16,810 bases of DNA from Bdellovibrionota bacterium FG-2 (GTDB taxonomy: Bacteria; Bdellovibrionota; UBA1018), in the NCBI GenBank assembly GCA_051382305.1, contig JBBCAV010000120.1:1-16810 (forward strand), in the 5' to 3' direction. The notes beneath the pieces were generated by a model that was given only the letters and a program-made list of their open reading frames with translations, did no database searches and was not told the origin of the DNA. The translations under genes and the position numbers were made by a program. Every line of letters starts with the position of its first letter. Position 1 is the stretch's first letter. This document shows positions 9,419-16,810 of this stretch, piece by piece.

Positions 9419-10222
9419 ATGCGAAAGATCTACATTGTCCCAAATATCGTCACGACAGCGAACATGTTTTGCGGATTCTATTCTGTCATCGCCTCTATGC
9501 ATGGAGATTTTGTCACGGCCGCTTGGGCGATAATGGCAGCTGGAATTTTCGATATGCTCGATGGCCGCATCGCCCGCATTGCCAAAGCCACCAGTCTCTT
9601 TGGCGTGGAGTATGACAGCCTCTCGGATTTGATTTCATTTGGGATGGCCCCTGCTATTCTTCTTTATCAATGGGCTTTGGAACCCTTTGGTCGGTTGGGT
9701 TTTATCTCCGCATTCTTGTTCTTGGTTTGCGGCGGCCTGAGGCTTGCTCGATTCAATGTGACGACCTCAAATCTTCCCAAGGGCTTTTTTCAAGGTCTCC
9801 CAATCCCAATGGGCGCAGGAATTCCCGCAACGTTTGTTATCTTCTACCAATTCCTTTGCTCCGATTCTGCGGCCGGGGGTCCTGAAGAATTTGCCCGAAT
9901 CCCGATTCTGATCATGACACTTGTGATGGCAGCCCTGATGATTAGCACGATTCGTTTCCCCTCCTTCAAGGAGCTCAATTGGCGCTCACGCGCAAGTTTC
10001 GGGTATCTGATGATCGGCGTAGTGTCGATGGTCCTCATCGCGATAAAGCCAGAAATCACACTATTCCTGCTCTTAGGTGGTTACATCGGGGTCAGCTTGA
10101 TTTGGAATCTCGTCTCGCTGATTAGAAAAATTCCCATGGTCTCTCCTCAACTAGAGGTGGACGACGGTCCCCAACCCGAAACTGAGACGGACCATGAGAC
10201 ATTACATGAAGAAAAAACTTAA
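9419..10222 (+). CDS. pssA: CDP-diacylglycerol--serine O-phosphatidyltransferase (type II)
   Basis: PNIVT, CDP-alcohol phosphotransferase motif DMLDGRIAR...FGVEYDSLSD, LRLARFN and FQGLPIP. Start set to 9419 because the ATG at 9404 lies inside the promoter. Confidence 0.95.
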   Translation: MRKIYIVPNIVTTANMFCGFYSVIASMHGDFVTAAWAIMAAGIFDMLDGRIARIAKATSLFGVEYDSLSDLISFGMAPAILLYQWALEPFGRLGFISAFLFLVCGGLRLARFNVTTSNLPKGFFQGLPIPMGAGIPATFVIFYQFLCSDSAAGGPEEFARIPILIMTLVMAALMISTIRFPSFKELNWRSRASFGYLMIGVVSMVLIAIKPEITLFLLLGGYIGVSLIWNLVSLIRKIPMVSPQLEVDDGPQPETETDHETLHEEKT

Positions 10223-11264
10223 GGTCGCCGTTGTCGGTGCCACGGGTGCTGTTGGGAGGATTCTTCTCTCGATATTGGAAGAGCGTCGTTTTCCACTCAC
10301 TGAGCTTGTACCTTTCGCCTCTTCGCGATCGCTGGGGAAAATCGTCACCTATCAAGACAAGCCGTTAACCTGTCAAGTTCTGGCGCTAGGCTGCTTTCAA
10401 GATGTCGACCTCGCCTTTTTTGATGCTTCAGACGCCGTTTCAAAACAATGGGTGCCCGTTGCTCAAGCCGCAGGGACTTGGGTGGTGGATAATTCAGCAA
10501 CTTTTCGCTACGACCCCTCCATTCCGTTGATGGTTCCTGAGCTCAATGCCGAAAGCCTCTCCCTTGCGCTCGCTTCGGGGAGTAAGGTGATTACAGGTCC
10601 CAACTGCTCTACCGTCCAGATGGTAATGGCGCTCAAACCCATTCAAGACCTGTGGGGACTTAAACGCGTGGTCGTTTCGACCTATCAAAGTACAAGCGGC
10701 GCCGGGGCCGCGGCGATGCAAGAACTTCAAGATCAAACGGCGGAATTTCTAGGCGCCCCCGCCCGCCACTCCGCGAACGAACCTTCCATTTTTCCACATC
10801 CCATCGCCTTCAATTGCATCCCACACATCGGGGGGTTCGCCTCAGAACCTGGTAGTCCCTTCGAAGGCTATAGCAGCGAAGAACGCAAAATGATTCTGGA
10901 GACCCGGAAAATCCTGGGCCTCCCTGAGCTCGCGATCACCGCGACTGCAGTTCGAGTTCCCACTTTGGCTTGCCACGGAGAATCCATCAACATCGAGACT
11001 CTCAAGCCCTTCGAGCTGCATGAAGTTCGATCCGCACTCAAGGCCCAGACAGGAATCACGCTTGTCGATGACCCTCTTCAGAAGCAATATCCGCTCGGAC
11101 GAAACGGAGCAGGGAAGGACGCGGTATTTGTCGGGAGACTCCGACGCGATTCTTCTATCGAGAATGCTTTGAACCTTTGGGTAGTTTCCGATAATCTACG
11201 CAAAGGAGCAGCTCTAAATGCCGTGCAAATTGGTGAACTCTTGGTTCAGTGTTTTTTTACTTAG
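10206..11264 (+). CDS. asd: Aspartate-semialdehyde dehydrogenase
   Basis: VAVVGATGAVG, VVDNS, catalytic PNCST, STYQSTSGAG, VRVP, DNLRKGAALNAVQI. Alternative start at 10194; overlaps the pssA end. Confidence 0.96.
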   Translation: MKKKLKVAVVGATGAVGRILLSILEERRFPLTELVPFASSRSLGKIVTYQDKPLTCQVLALGCFQDVDLAFFDASDAVSKQWVPVAQAAGTWVVDNSATFRYDPSIPLMVPELNAESLSLALASGSKVITGPNCSTVQMVMALKPIQDLWGLKRVVVSTYQSTSGAGAAAMQELQDQTAEFLGAPARHSANEPSIFPHPIAFNCIPHIGGFASEPGSPFEGYSSEERKMILETRKILGLPELAITATAVRVPTLACHGESINIETLKPFELHEVRSALKAQTGITLVDDPLQKQYPLGRNGAGKDAVFVGRLRRDSSIENALNLWVVSDNLRKGAALNAVQIGELLVQCFFT

Positions 11265-13701
11265 CACCTCTCTTTTTTGGGTCTTTTCCCCTTTCGCCAG
11301 AGCGACCATGACTGTTGTTCCGGTCAACGGCGGCAATCTGATCAAAGATACCGTTTTTTATGCCCTCATTGATCCCAAGACAGGTCTCGCCCCTACAAAC
11401 GACTCGATATTCTTGGATTCTGATCCCACGTTTCCCTTTAAGATATTTGATGTTCGCGTGGACCAAGCGACCGATACCTCGGGACGGCCAGAGATGTTTC
11501 TCTTCGATGTCTCTTCGGACAAGACCAGCTTTACCACGACGACGAATCAGATTCTCGTCCTCACGGTTTCAACGGGACCTGCTGCCGGGTCTGCAGGCGC
11601 CAAGAACGTTCCGATTACTTCGGTCAACGGAGCGGACTGTACCTCTGGGGTTTGCCACACGGCGGGGGTCAGCCTATCAGGACACTATTTTGCGACTAGT
11701 TTCGCTAAAGGCACGACTGTGCGGGTGGGGTTCTATCCTAGAGACGTTTGTAACGATTACCTCGCGCAAGCTCAAACAACGGCAGCCGGATGCGCTACGG
11801 ATCCTAGCGTCACTTCTCAACAAACTGTCGTTCCTGGAGCAGCTCCCGCGACCCTCCCCATCATGCCACTCACGTTTGCCATCAACGTGCTTCCAAGTTC
11901 TTCAGAAGCGCCAACAGGTACCGCACAGGACTCCGGGGTTTTGAATATGCGATTTCAAATTGATGCGCCAAAGTTGAACTGTCCGAATCTTGCGGGCCAG
12001 CAAATTTACATTCCAGGAGACAGAGCCATCACTCTCGATTCGTCCGGCTTTGGAATGGGAACAGACTTGGGTAGTTTTGTCGTTGATCGTGCTCCCGCGA
12101 CCACACTGCTTGTGGTCGGAAACGACGGAAAAGATCCGGATGTTTCTTCGTCTTTCGCAACCGGAAATGCGATTCTATCACGGACCCCGATTGGCTCCTC
12201 CGCCATTGTTGGAGGACTCACGAACACCACCGACCAAAGTGATCATAAATTTCAATTCTCTTTTCTGATACGAGATGCCACAGGGCTTTTGGCTGCCCCC
12301 TCGGACCTTCCAGCTTGTACCCTTAAGGATGTCCAAACCTCAACGATTCAGGGATTCCTTCAAAAAAGTAGCTGCTTCATTGCAACCGCAGCGTTTAACT
12401 CCGCCGACGCTTCTCCTGTAACTATGCTCCGTGAGTTTCGGGGAAAAGTTCTGTTAGGTTCCGCCTGGGGTCGTGCCTTCGTGCGCACCTATTATCGCTG
12501 GTCCCCGCCCGCGGCGCAATGGCTTCTAGCGCACCCGGCGGTGAGAATTCCAGTACTGTTTTGGCTTATTCCGGTAGAACTTCTGGCCTGGATTACGCTT
12601 TCGCCCGGAGTGTTTATCGTCCTTTTTCTGAGCGGTGTTTTTCTCGTGTTATTTTCTTTGGCGTTTTATTTGCGAAAGCGGTTCACACCTCTTTTCCTTT
12701 TAGCATTAGCAGCCATTCTCCTTGGATCACTTTTACCGCTAACCTCTCCGGCCCAAGAAAAAACTACGCAACCCTATATCGACGAACTAAAAAAAGGGAT
12801 GGAAGAAAAAGAAACGTCTTCCAAACCTTACACTGACCTACAAAAAGAAAAACTGCCCCCCAACTTGATCAAGCTTGGCGCTTACATCGACGAACTTAAG
12901 AAAGAGGCCCCCGAAAGTTCAAAGGAGGGCTCAACACCAACTCATGGAACCTTTCTCGAGCGCGAACAGGAGAAAATTAGGGAAAAAGACGCCGAAAATG
13001 ATGAAAAGAAACTGGGCGCAATTGAAGCTTTTAAGCAGGGAAAATCTGATCTCGAAGCAAAAAAGATCGGCCAGATACTTCACGCAACAGGCTTTCGAAT
13101 TGGGGTCTCTTCTACTCGAAACATCACCGCCCCGGCGGGTACGGGGTTAAGAAACTTTTCGGACGTCTATGGGACTTCGTGGACGCCAGAGATTAGCCTG
13201 TTCTTCGAATATCAGCCTTTTCACAGCGAATGGTTTGGGAGTTTTGGCTTATGGTATGGCTTTGGCGTTAGCTACTATCACGGCTATGGGTCATTTGAAT
13301 TTCCTCTCCGCGACGCGAATACAAATACTGATTTTAATATAAAATCCAGTACCCTTCTGCAGTTTTACGCCATCCCCGTGACCGCGGGATTGAGCTATCG
13401 ACTCAATTTTTTGAGACTCATAAGACCTTACGTCATGGTCGCTCCCACCCTTATTGGATACCTTGAAACACGAAACGACGATCAGTCGGGCTATCGAGGC
13501 GTATCAAAAGGCTTGTTCTTTAACGGCGGAGCCGCGATTCTTTTGGATTGGATGAGTCGGAGCATGGATTACGACCGCAATGCCGCGCTTGGAATACACC
13601 ACACTTATATCACCGTCGATTACACGCGAATATCGACGCTTGCGAGCACGGTGTCCTTTTCAGTTTCTTCTTTGAGCGTTGGGTTGACGTTTGAATACTG
13701 A
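11218..13701 (+). CDS. Secreted/envelope protein: exported domain, internal CFI-box-CTERM, second signal-like segment and putative outer-membrane beta-barrel
   Basis: 827-aa open frame with SD AAGGAG 9 nt before the ATG. Signal peptide ends in ARA (aa 29). CFIATAAF...LREFR...GRAFVRTYYRWSPP starts at aa 386, hydrophobic segments span about aa 444-510, and amphipathic strands end in VGLTFEY. Confidence 0.85.
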   Translation: MPCKLVNSWFSVFLLSTSLFWVFSPFARATMTVVPVNGGNLIKDTVFYALIDPKTGLAPTNDSIFLDSDPTFPFKIFDVRVDQATDTSGRPEMFLFDVSSDKTSFTTTTNQILVLTVSTGPAAGSAGAKNVPITSVNGADCTSGVCHTAGVSLSGHYFATSFAKGTTVRVGFYPRDVCNDYLAQAQTTAAGCATDPSVTSQQTVVPGAAPATLPIMPLTFAINVLPSSSEAPTGTAQDSGVLNMRFQIDAPKLNCPNLAGQQIYIPGDRAITLDSSGFGMGTDLGSFVVDRAPATTLLVVGNDGKDPDVSSSFATGNAILSRTPIGSSAIVGGLTNTTDQSDHKFQFSFLIRDATGLLAAPSDLPACTLKDVQTSTIQGFLQKSSCFIATAAFNSADASPVTMLREFRGKVLLGSAWGRAFVRTYYRWSPPAAQWLLAHPAVRIPVLFWLIPVELLAWITLSPGVFIVLFLSGVFLVLFSLAFYLRKRFTPLFLLALAAILLGSLLPLTSPAQEKTTQPYIDELKKGMEEKETSSKPYTDLQKEKLPPNLIKLGAYIDELKKEAPESSKEGSTPTHGTFLEREQEKIREKDAENDEKKLGAIEAFKQGKSDLEAKKIGQILHATGFRIGVSSTRNITAPAGTGLRNFSDVYGTSWTPEISLFFEYQPFHSEWFGSFGLWYGFGVSYYHGYGSFEFPLRDANTNTDFNIKSSTLLQFYAIPVTAGLSYRLNFLRLIRPYVMVAPTLIGYLETRNDDQSGYRGVSKGLFFNGGAAILLDWMSRSMDYDRNAALGIHHTYITVDYTRISTLASTVSFSVSSLSVGLTFEY
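12772..12903 (+). repeat. Intragenic peptide repeats (PYIDELKK / PYTDLQKEK / AYIDELKK)
   Basis: Copies at aa 519, 537 and 555, 18 aa apart. Nucleotide similarity: tatatcgacgaactaaaaaaag vs tacatcgacgaacttaagaaag. Confidence 0.75.
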
Positions 13702-14524
13702 ATTTTCTTCCAAATATGCAGCGCTCATCTCCTACACGGGCACGCGATTTTGTGGTTGGCAGAAACAAAAAGGCTCCGCTGCACAGGGTGCGCCGAGCAT
13801 TCAAGAAACAATCGAAAAAGGGCTGAGCAGGATTACTCAGGAGCCCGTAAGAATCGTGGGAAGCGGTCGAACCGATGCAGGAGTTCATGCCGTGGGACAG
13901 GTCGCTCATTTTTTTCTTCAGAAAGAGCGCTCGCCCGAAATTTTAAAAAAGGGCCTGAACTCACTGCTTGAGCCCAACATTCGCGTGCGCGCGATCCAGC
14001 CTGTCGCCATGGATTTTCATGCTCAAAAAAATGCCCTCAAAAAGCAATACAGCTACTACTTTCAACAAGGCCCCTGCGCGTTGCCCCACCTTGAGCCTTG
14101 GAGTTGGTGGATTCAAAAAAAATTGGATCGCGATGCAATGAGCCAAGGTTTAGCCAATCTCCTGGGTGAGCATGATTTTAAGCCTTTCCAGGGGGCAGGC
14201 GCAAAACCGGGATCGACGGTCCGCCGAATCTTAGAAGCACAGGTCAGTTGGGAGCCGATCGCCTTTCCAGGGGGAATCAGTGAAATAGATAACCGATTTG
14301 GGCTGGTGCGCGTTAGAATTATCGGGACAGGGTTTCTCAAACAAATGGTACGGGGAATCGCTGGAACACTCTTGCAAGTGGGGGAATCCCGGCGGTCGTC
14401 CGATTGTTTTCAGGAGATCCTGAATAGGCGGGATCGATCTCTGGTAGGGCCCACCGCACCTGGGCGAGCCCTTTGGTTAGAGAGAGTTTGGTATCCTCAA
14501 GAGACGGTTGACTTTTCGCGTTGA
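13691..14524 (+). CDS. truA: tRNA pseudouridine(38-40) synthase
   Basis: SYTGTRFCGWQKQ, catalytic GSGRTDAGVHA, FHAQ, GFLKQMVR, PTAP; TTG start overlaps the upstream gene by 11 nt. Confidence 0.97.
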   Translation: MNTEFSSKYAALISYTGTRFCGWQKQKGSAAQGAPSIQETIEKGLSRITQEPVRIVGSGRTDAGVHAVGQVAHFFLQKERSPEILKKGLNSLLEPNIRVRAIQPVAMDFHAQKNALKKQYSYYFQQGPCALPHLEPWSWWIQKKLDRDAMSQGLANLLGEHDFKPFQGAGAKPGSTVRRILEAQVSWEPIAFPGGISEIDNRFGLVRVRIIGTGFLKQMVRGIAGTLLQVGESRRSSDCFQEILNRRDRSLVGPTAPGRALWLERVWYPQETVDFSR

Positions 14525-14537
14525 ATAGAGCTAGAAA
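14508..14537 (+). promoter_or_regulatory. Candidate internal promoter for tig
   Basis: TTGACT (14508-14513, inside the truA 3' end), 18 bp, TAGAAA (14532-14537), 8 nt, then ATG. The -10 match is imperfect. Confidence 0.4.
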
Positions 14538-14545
14538 CAGGCCTT

Positions 14546-15907
14546 ATGCAATTCAATGTACAAGTCGAAAAGGTGTCCACTATTGTCCGAAAACTTACGA
14601 TCAAGATTCCAGCCGCTGAGGTGGATTCTCGTTTTCAAACCGGATTGGCCGAAATCCAAAAGACCGCAAACCTCAAGGGGTTCCGAGTCGGCCAAGCTCC
14701 GATTTCGATAATTCGCCAATTTTACGGTGAGGATGTTCGTCATCGCATGTTCCATCGGTTAGTAGACGAGTCCTTTGGCCTGGCTGTCCACCAAGAACAA
14801 CTCAAAGCCGTGGGCAGTCCTACCATTGATTCCCCAGAGCACAAGACGGGGGAAGGCGAGCATGATCACGGCGTGCAAGAGGGGAAAGATTTCACTTATA
14901 TTGCAACGTTTGAAGTTTTGCCTGAAATCGAACCCAAAGGTTACACCGGAATCCCGCTGACCCGCGACATTCACGAAGTCACTGATGCGCAGGTTGAAGA
15001 AATGGTGAAAAACTTTCTCAACTCGCAAGCCGAGCTTGTTCCTGCCACGGGAGGCCTCCTCACCGCCGACGGCTCCAACTCCTCACGCCCCGTTCGCAAA
15101 ACAGATCACGTTGACATGACCTTCAAAGGCGGCCTGGTCACTGATACGGGCATTAACTCACTCGAGGGAATGAGCGGAACACGTACCGTAGAGATTGGGT
15201 CCGGTTCTTTAATTCCTGGCTTTGAAGAGCAGTGTGAAGGAATGCGCACTGGCGAAACCAAAACCTTTCGCGTGAAATTCCCTTCTGATTATCACGAAGC
15301 CACTTTCGCCGATAAAGAAGCCGAATTCACCGTCACCGTCAATGAAATCAAGGAAAAGAAACTTCCAGAACTCAATGACGAATTTGCAAAAGGCATGGGC
15401 TATGACGATCTCAATGACCTTCGCAAAAAAGCACACGAGTATCTTGTTCATCAGAAAACCAATGAATCCGATCGCAAACTGCGCAACGACCTACTCAAGA
15501 CTGTGATCGAAAAAAATCAGTTCGAAGTTCCGCGCGCTCTGGTTGAGAGCCAAACCAAAGCCCTTGCTCAAGACATGGCCCGTGAACTCAAAAGCCATGG
15601 CTATGATGAGAAATCTCTTGAACAAGTCATTGGACAGGAGATCAGGAACCTCGAAGTTCGCGCTGAAAACCAAGTCCGCTCAAGCTGGATTCTTGAGGCC
15701 ATCTCTCAAAAAGAGAAGATCGAAGTGAGTGAGGAAGAGTTTGATTCCCATCTAAAGGGTCAAGCCGCTTCGATGAAAATGGAATACGAAAAGCTCAAAG
15801 ACTATTACGCCAAAGACCCAGGTCAGGCCGAAGACATTTCGTTTCGGCTGCGCCAGGACAAGACCGTCAAGTTTCTCTTAGACAAATCTAAAATCAAATC
15901 TAAGTGA
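14546..15907 (+). CDS. tig: Trigger factor
   Basis: Ribosome-binding signature LKGFRVGQAP, FEVLPEI, FKBP domain IGSGSLIPGFEEQ...VKFPSDYH, and LPELNDEFAK. Confidence 0.98.
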   Translation: MQFNVQVEKVSTIVRKLTIKIPAAEVDSRFQTGLAEIQKTANLKGFRVGQAPISIIRQFYGEDVRHRMFHRLVDESFGLAVHQEQLKAVGSPTIDSPEHKTGEGEHDHGVQEGKDFTYIATFEVLPEIEPKGYTGIPLTRDIHEVTDAQVEEMVKNFLNSQAELVPATGGLLTADGSNSSRPVRKTDHVDMTFKGGLVTDTGINSLEGMSGTRTVEIGSGSLIPGFEEQCEGMRTGETKTFRVKFPSDYHEATFADKEAEFTVTVNEIKEKKLPELNDEFAKGMGYDDLNDLRKKAHEYLVHQKTNESDRKLRNDLLKTVIEKNQFEVPRALVESQTKALAQDMARELKSHGYDEKSLEQVIGQEIRNLEVRAENQVRSSWILEAISQKEKIEVSEEEFDSHLKGQAASMKMEYEKLKDYYAKDPGQAEDISFRLRQDKTVKFLLDKSKIKSK

Positions 15908-16215
15908 TTAACTGAAAGCGACGTAGGGTGCGTGAACTCTAGGCCGTAACTGAAAAGCGTAAAGTCTGTTTCATTAAATAGGTCAATACCGTGCTCTTTG
16001 CGAACGACTCTTCCGACGACGGAATGGCAAACTTTGTCGTTCTCAATGAGCATGCGAAGCCATCGACGTGTGTCGATGTTCTCTGCCGTCTTCAGAAGAC
16101 AACCCCCTTGCGAAATATCCGTCAAATAACCGGAAAATTTTCCGGTATTTTCAGCGAAATAGCTCCATCTTGTTTTTGCGAGAGTAGGATAGCGTTCAAA
16201 TTTTCGTAATGCCAC
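15823..16215 (-). CDS. Single-domain PilZ protein (putative c-di-GMP receptor)
   Basis: RxxxR (RKFER), DxSxxG (DISQGG), GRVVR and YGLEF; GTG start with GGGGGA upstream. Confidence 0.88.
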   Translation of the reverse strand: MALRKFERYPTLAKTRWSYFAENTGKFSGYLTDISQGGCLLKTAENIDTRRWLRMLIENDKVCHSVVGRVVRKEHGIDLFNETDFTLFSYGLEFTHPTSLSVNHLDLILDLSKRNLTVLSWRSRNEMSSA

Positions 16216-16246
16216 TTTGTGTTCCCCCGAACTGCCAGCAGCTCTT

Positions 16247-16262
16247 AGCAGGAACTAAGCCA
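16247..16262 (-). promoter_or_regulatory. Candidate sigma54 (-24/-12) promoter for the PilZ gene
   Basis: TGGCTTAGTTCCTGCT has exact GG-N10-GC spacing and lies about 30 nt upstream of the start codon. Confidence 0.6.
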
Positions 16263-16368
16263 AACCCTTATGCAGTCTGTGGGGGCGGGGGAGAAATTTT
16301 CTATCCTCAAAAGACCGCCTTCATTGCAAAACGCGGCGTGACAACCCTGTGTGACATTGCGAGTCGCA

Positions 16369-16809
16369 CTATCCCTGAATGACCTGTACTCGAGGCGCCG
16401 CCAAGACTATTCCGGCCTCATCAAGACGATTCAAGCTTCGTGAAAGAAGCTGATCCGTAATTCGAAACTGGGTTCCGAAATCATCGATAAAGTAAAAAAG
16501 TTTCATAACCACAAATGACTCTGCGGCCTCGGAGATTGCAACAGAGGGTGCTGGGCTCTGCTGAATTCCGGAAATCCCAGAGAGGGCGTCTACCAAAACT
16601 TTTCGAACCTTCTCCGTATCGGTACCATAAGGAAACCGAAACACTTGAAGGCGCAAAATCGGATGTGCTTTTGTGCAAAAATTTGAAATCTCCGCTTGGG
16701 CCATTGCGCGATTAGGCACCGTGATCTCTTCATCGCCGAGCGCTCTTAAGACGGTACAGCGCCACGAAATCTCCTGCACACGCCCTGGCCATTTTTGCCC
16801 ACTCGTCGT
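16369..16809 (-). CDS. MscS family mechanosensitive channel, C-terminal part (5' end beyond the window)
   Basis: Frame is open to the window edge. GRVQEISWRCTVL...ITVPN...EISNF, FPYGTD, PAPSV and RLDEAGI match the MscS beta and C-terminal domains. Confidence 0.9.
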   Translation of the reverse strand, partial: TTSGQKWPGRVQEISWRCTVLRALGDEEITVPNRAMAQAEISNFCTKAHPILRLQVFRFPYGTDTEKVRKVLVDALSGISGIQQSPAPSVAISEAAESFVVMKLFYFIDDFGTQFRITDQLLSRSLNRLDEAGIVLAAPRVQVIQG

Positions 16810-16810
16810 C

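Noticed and set aside
9148-9502. Minus-strand ORFs of 89 and 78 aa
   Set aside because: They cross the pssA promoter or start and have no protein-like motifs.
11360-11944. 194-aa alternative-frame ORF inside the 827-aa gene
   Set aside because: Arg/Pro/Ser-rich composition typical of off-frame translation, with no motifs.
14525-14545. tRNA gene upstream of tig, as found in many bacteria
   Set aside because: The gap is only 21 bp and no cloverleaf was seen anywhere in the window.

Overview
Bacterial chromosomal window of mostly core genes. Gene content and order suggest Bdellovibrionota or another deltaproteobacteria-like lineage (inference). A minus-strand lemA-TPM operon diverges from the rpsB-tsf-pyrH-frr-uppS-cdsA-rseP-tsaB cluster, which has a t44/S2-type leader RNA and no dxr or bamA. 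Next come a heavily deleted AAA_14/DUF4143 ATPase pseudogene that the ORF track misses, then pssA-asd-[827-aa envelope protein]-truA-tig. The window ends with a convergent, overlapping single-domain PilZ gene (candidate sigma54 promoter) and a partial MscS gene. The most unusual element is the 827-aa ORF. It joins a secreted Cys-containing domain and a CFI-box-CTERM sorting motif, here internal, to a second signal-peptide-like segment, short repeats and a likely outer-membrane beta-barrel, which reads like a cargo-plus-barrel polyprotein. Several genes also show leaderless promoter architecture. No tRNA, rRNA, CRISPR array or intact mobile element was seen.
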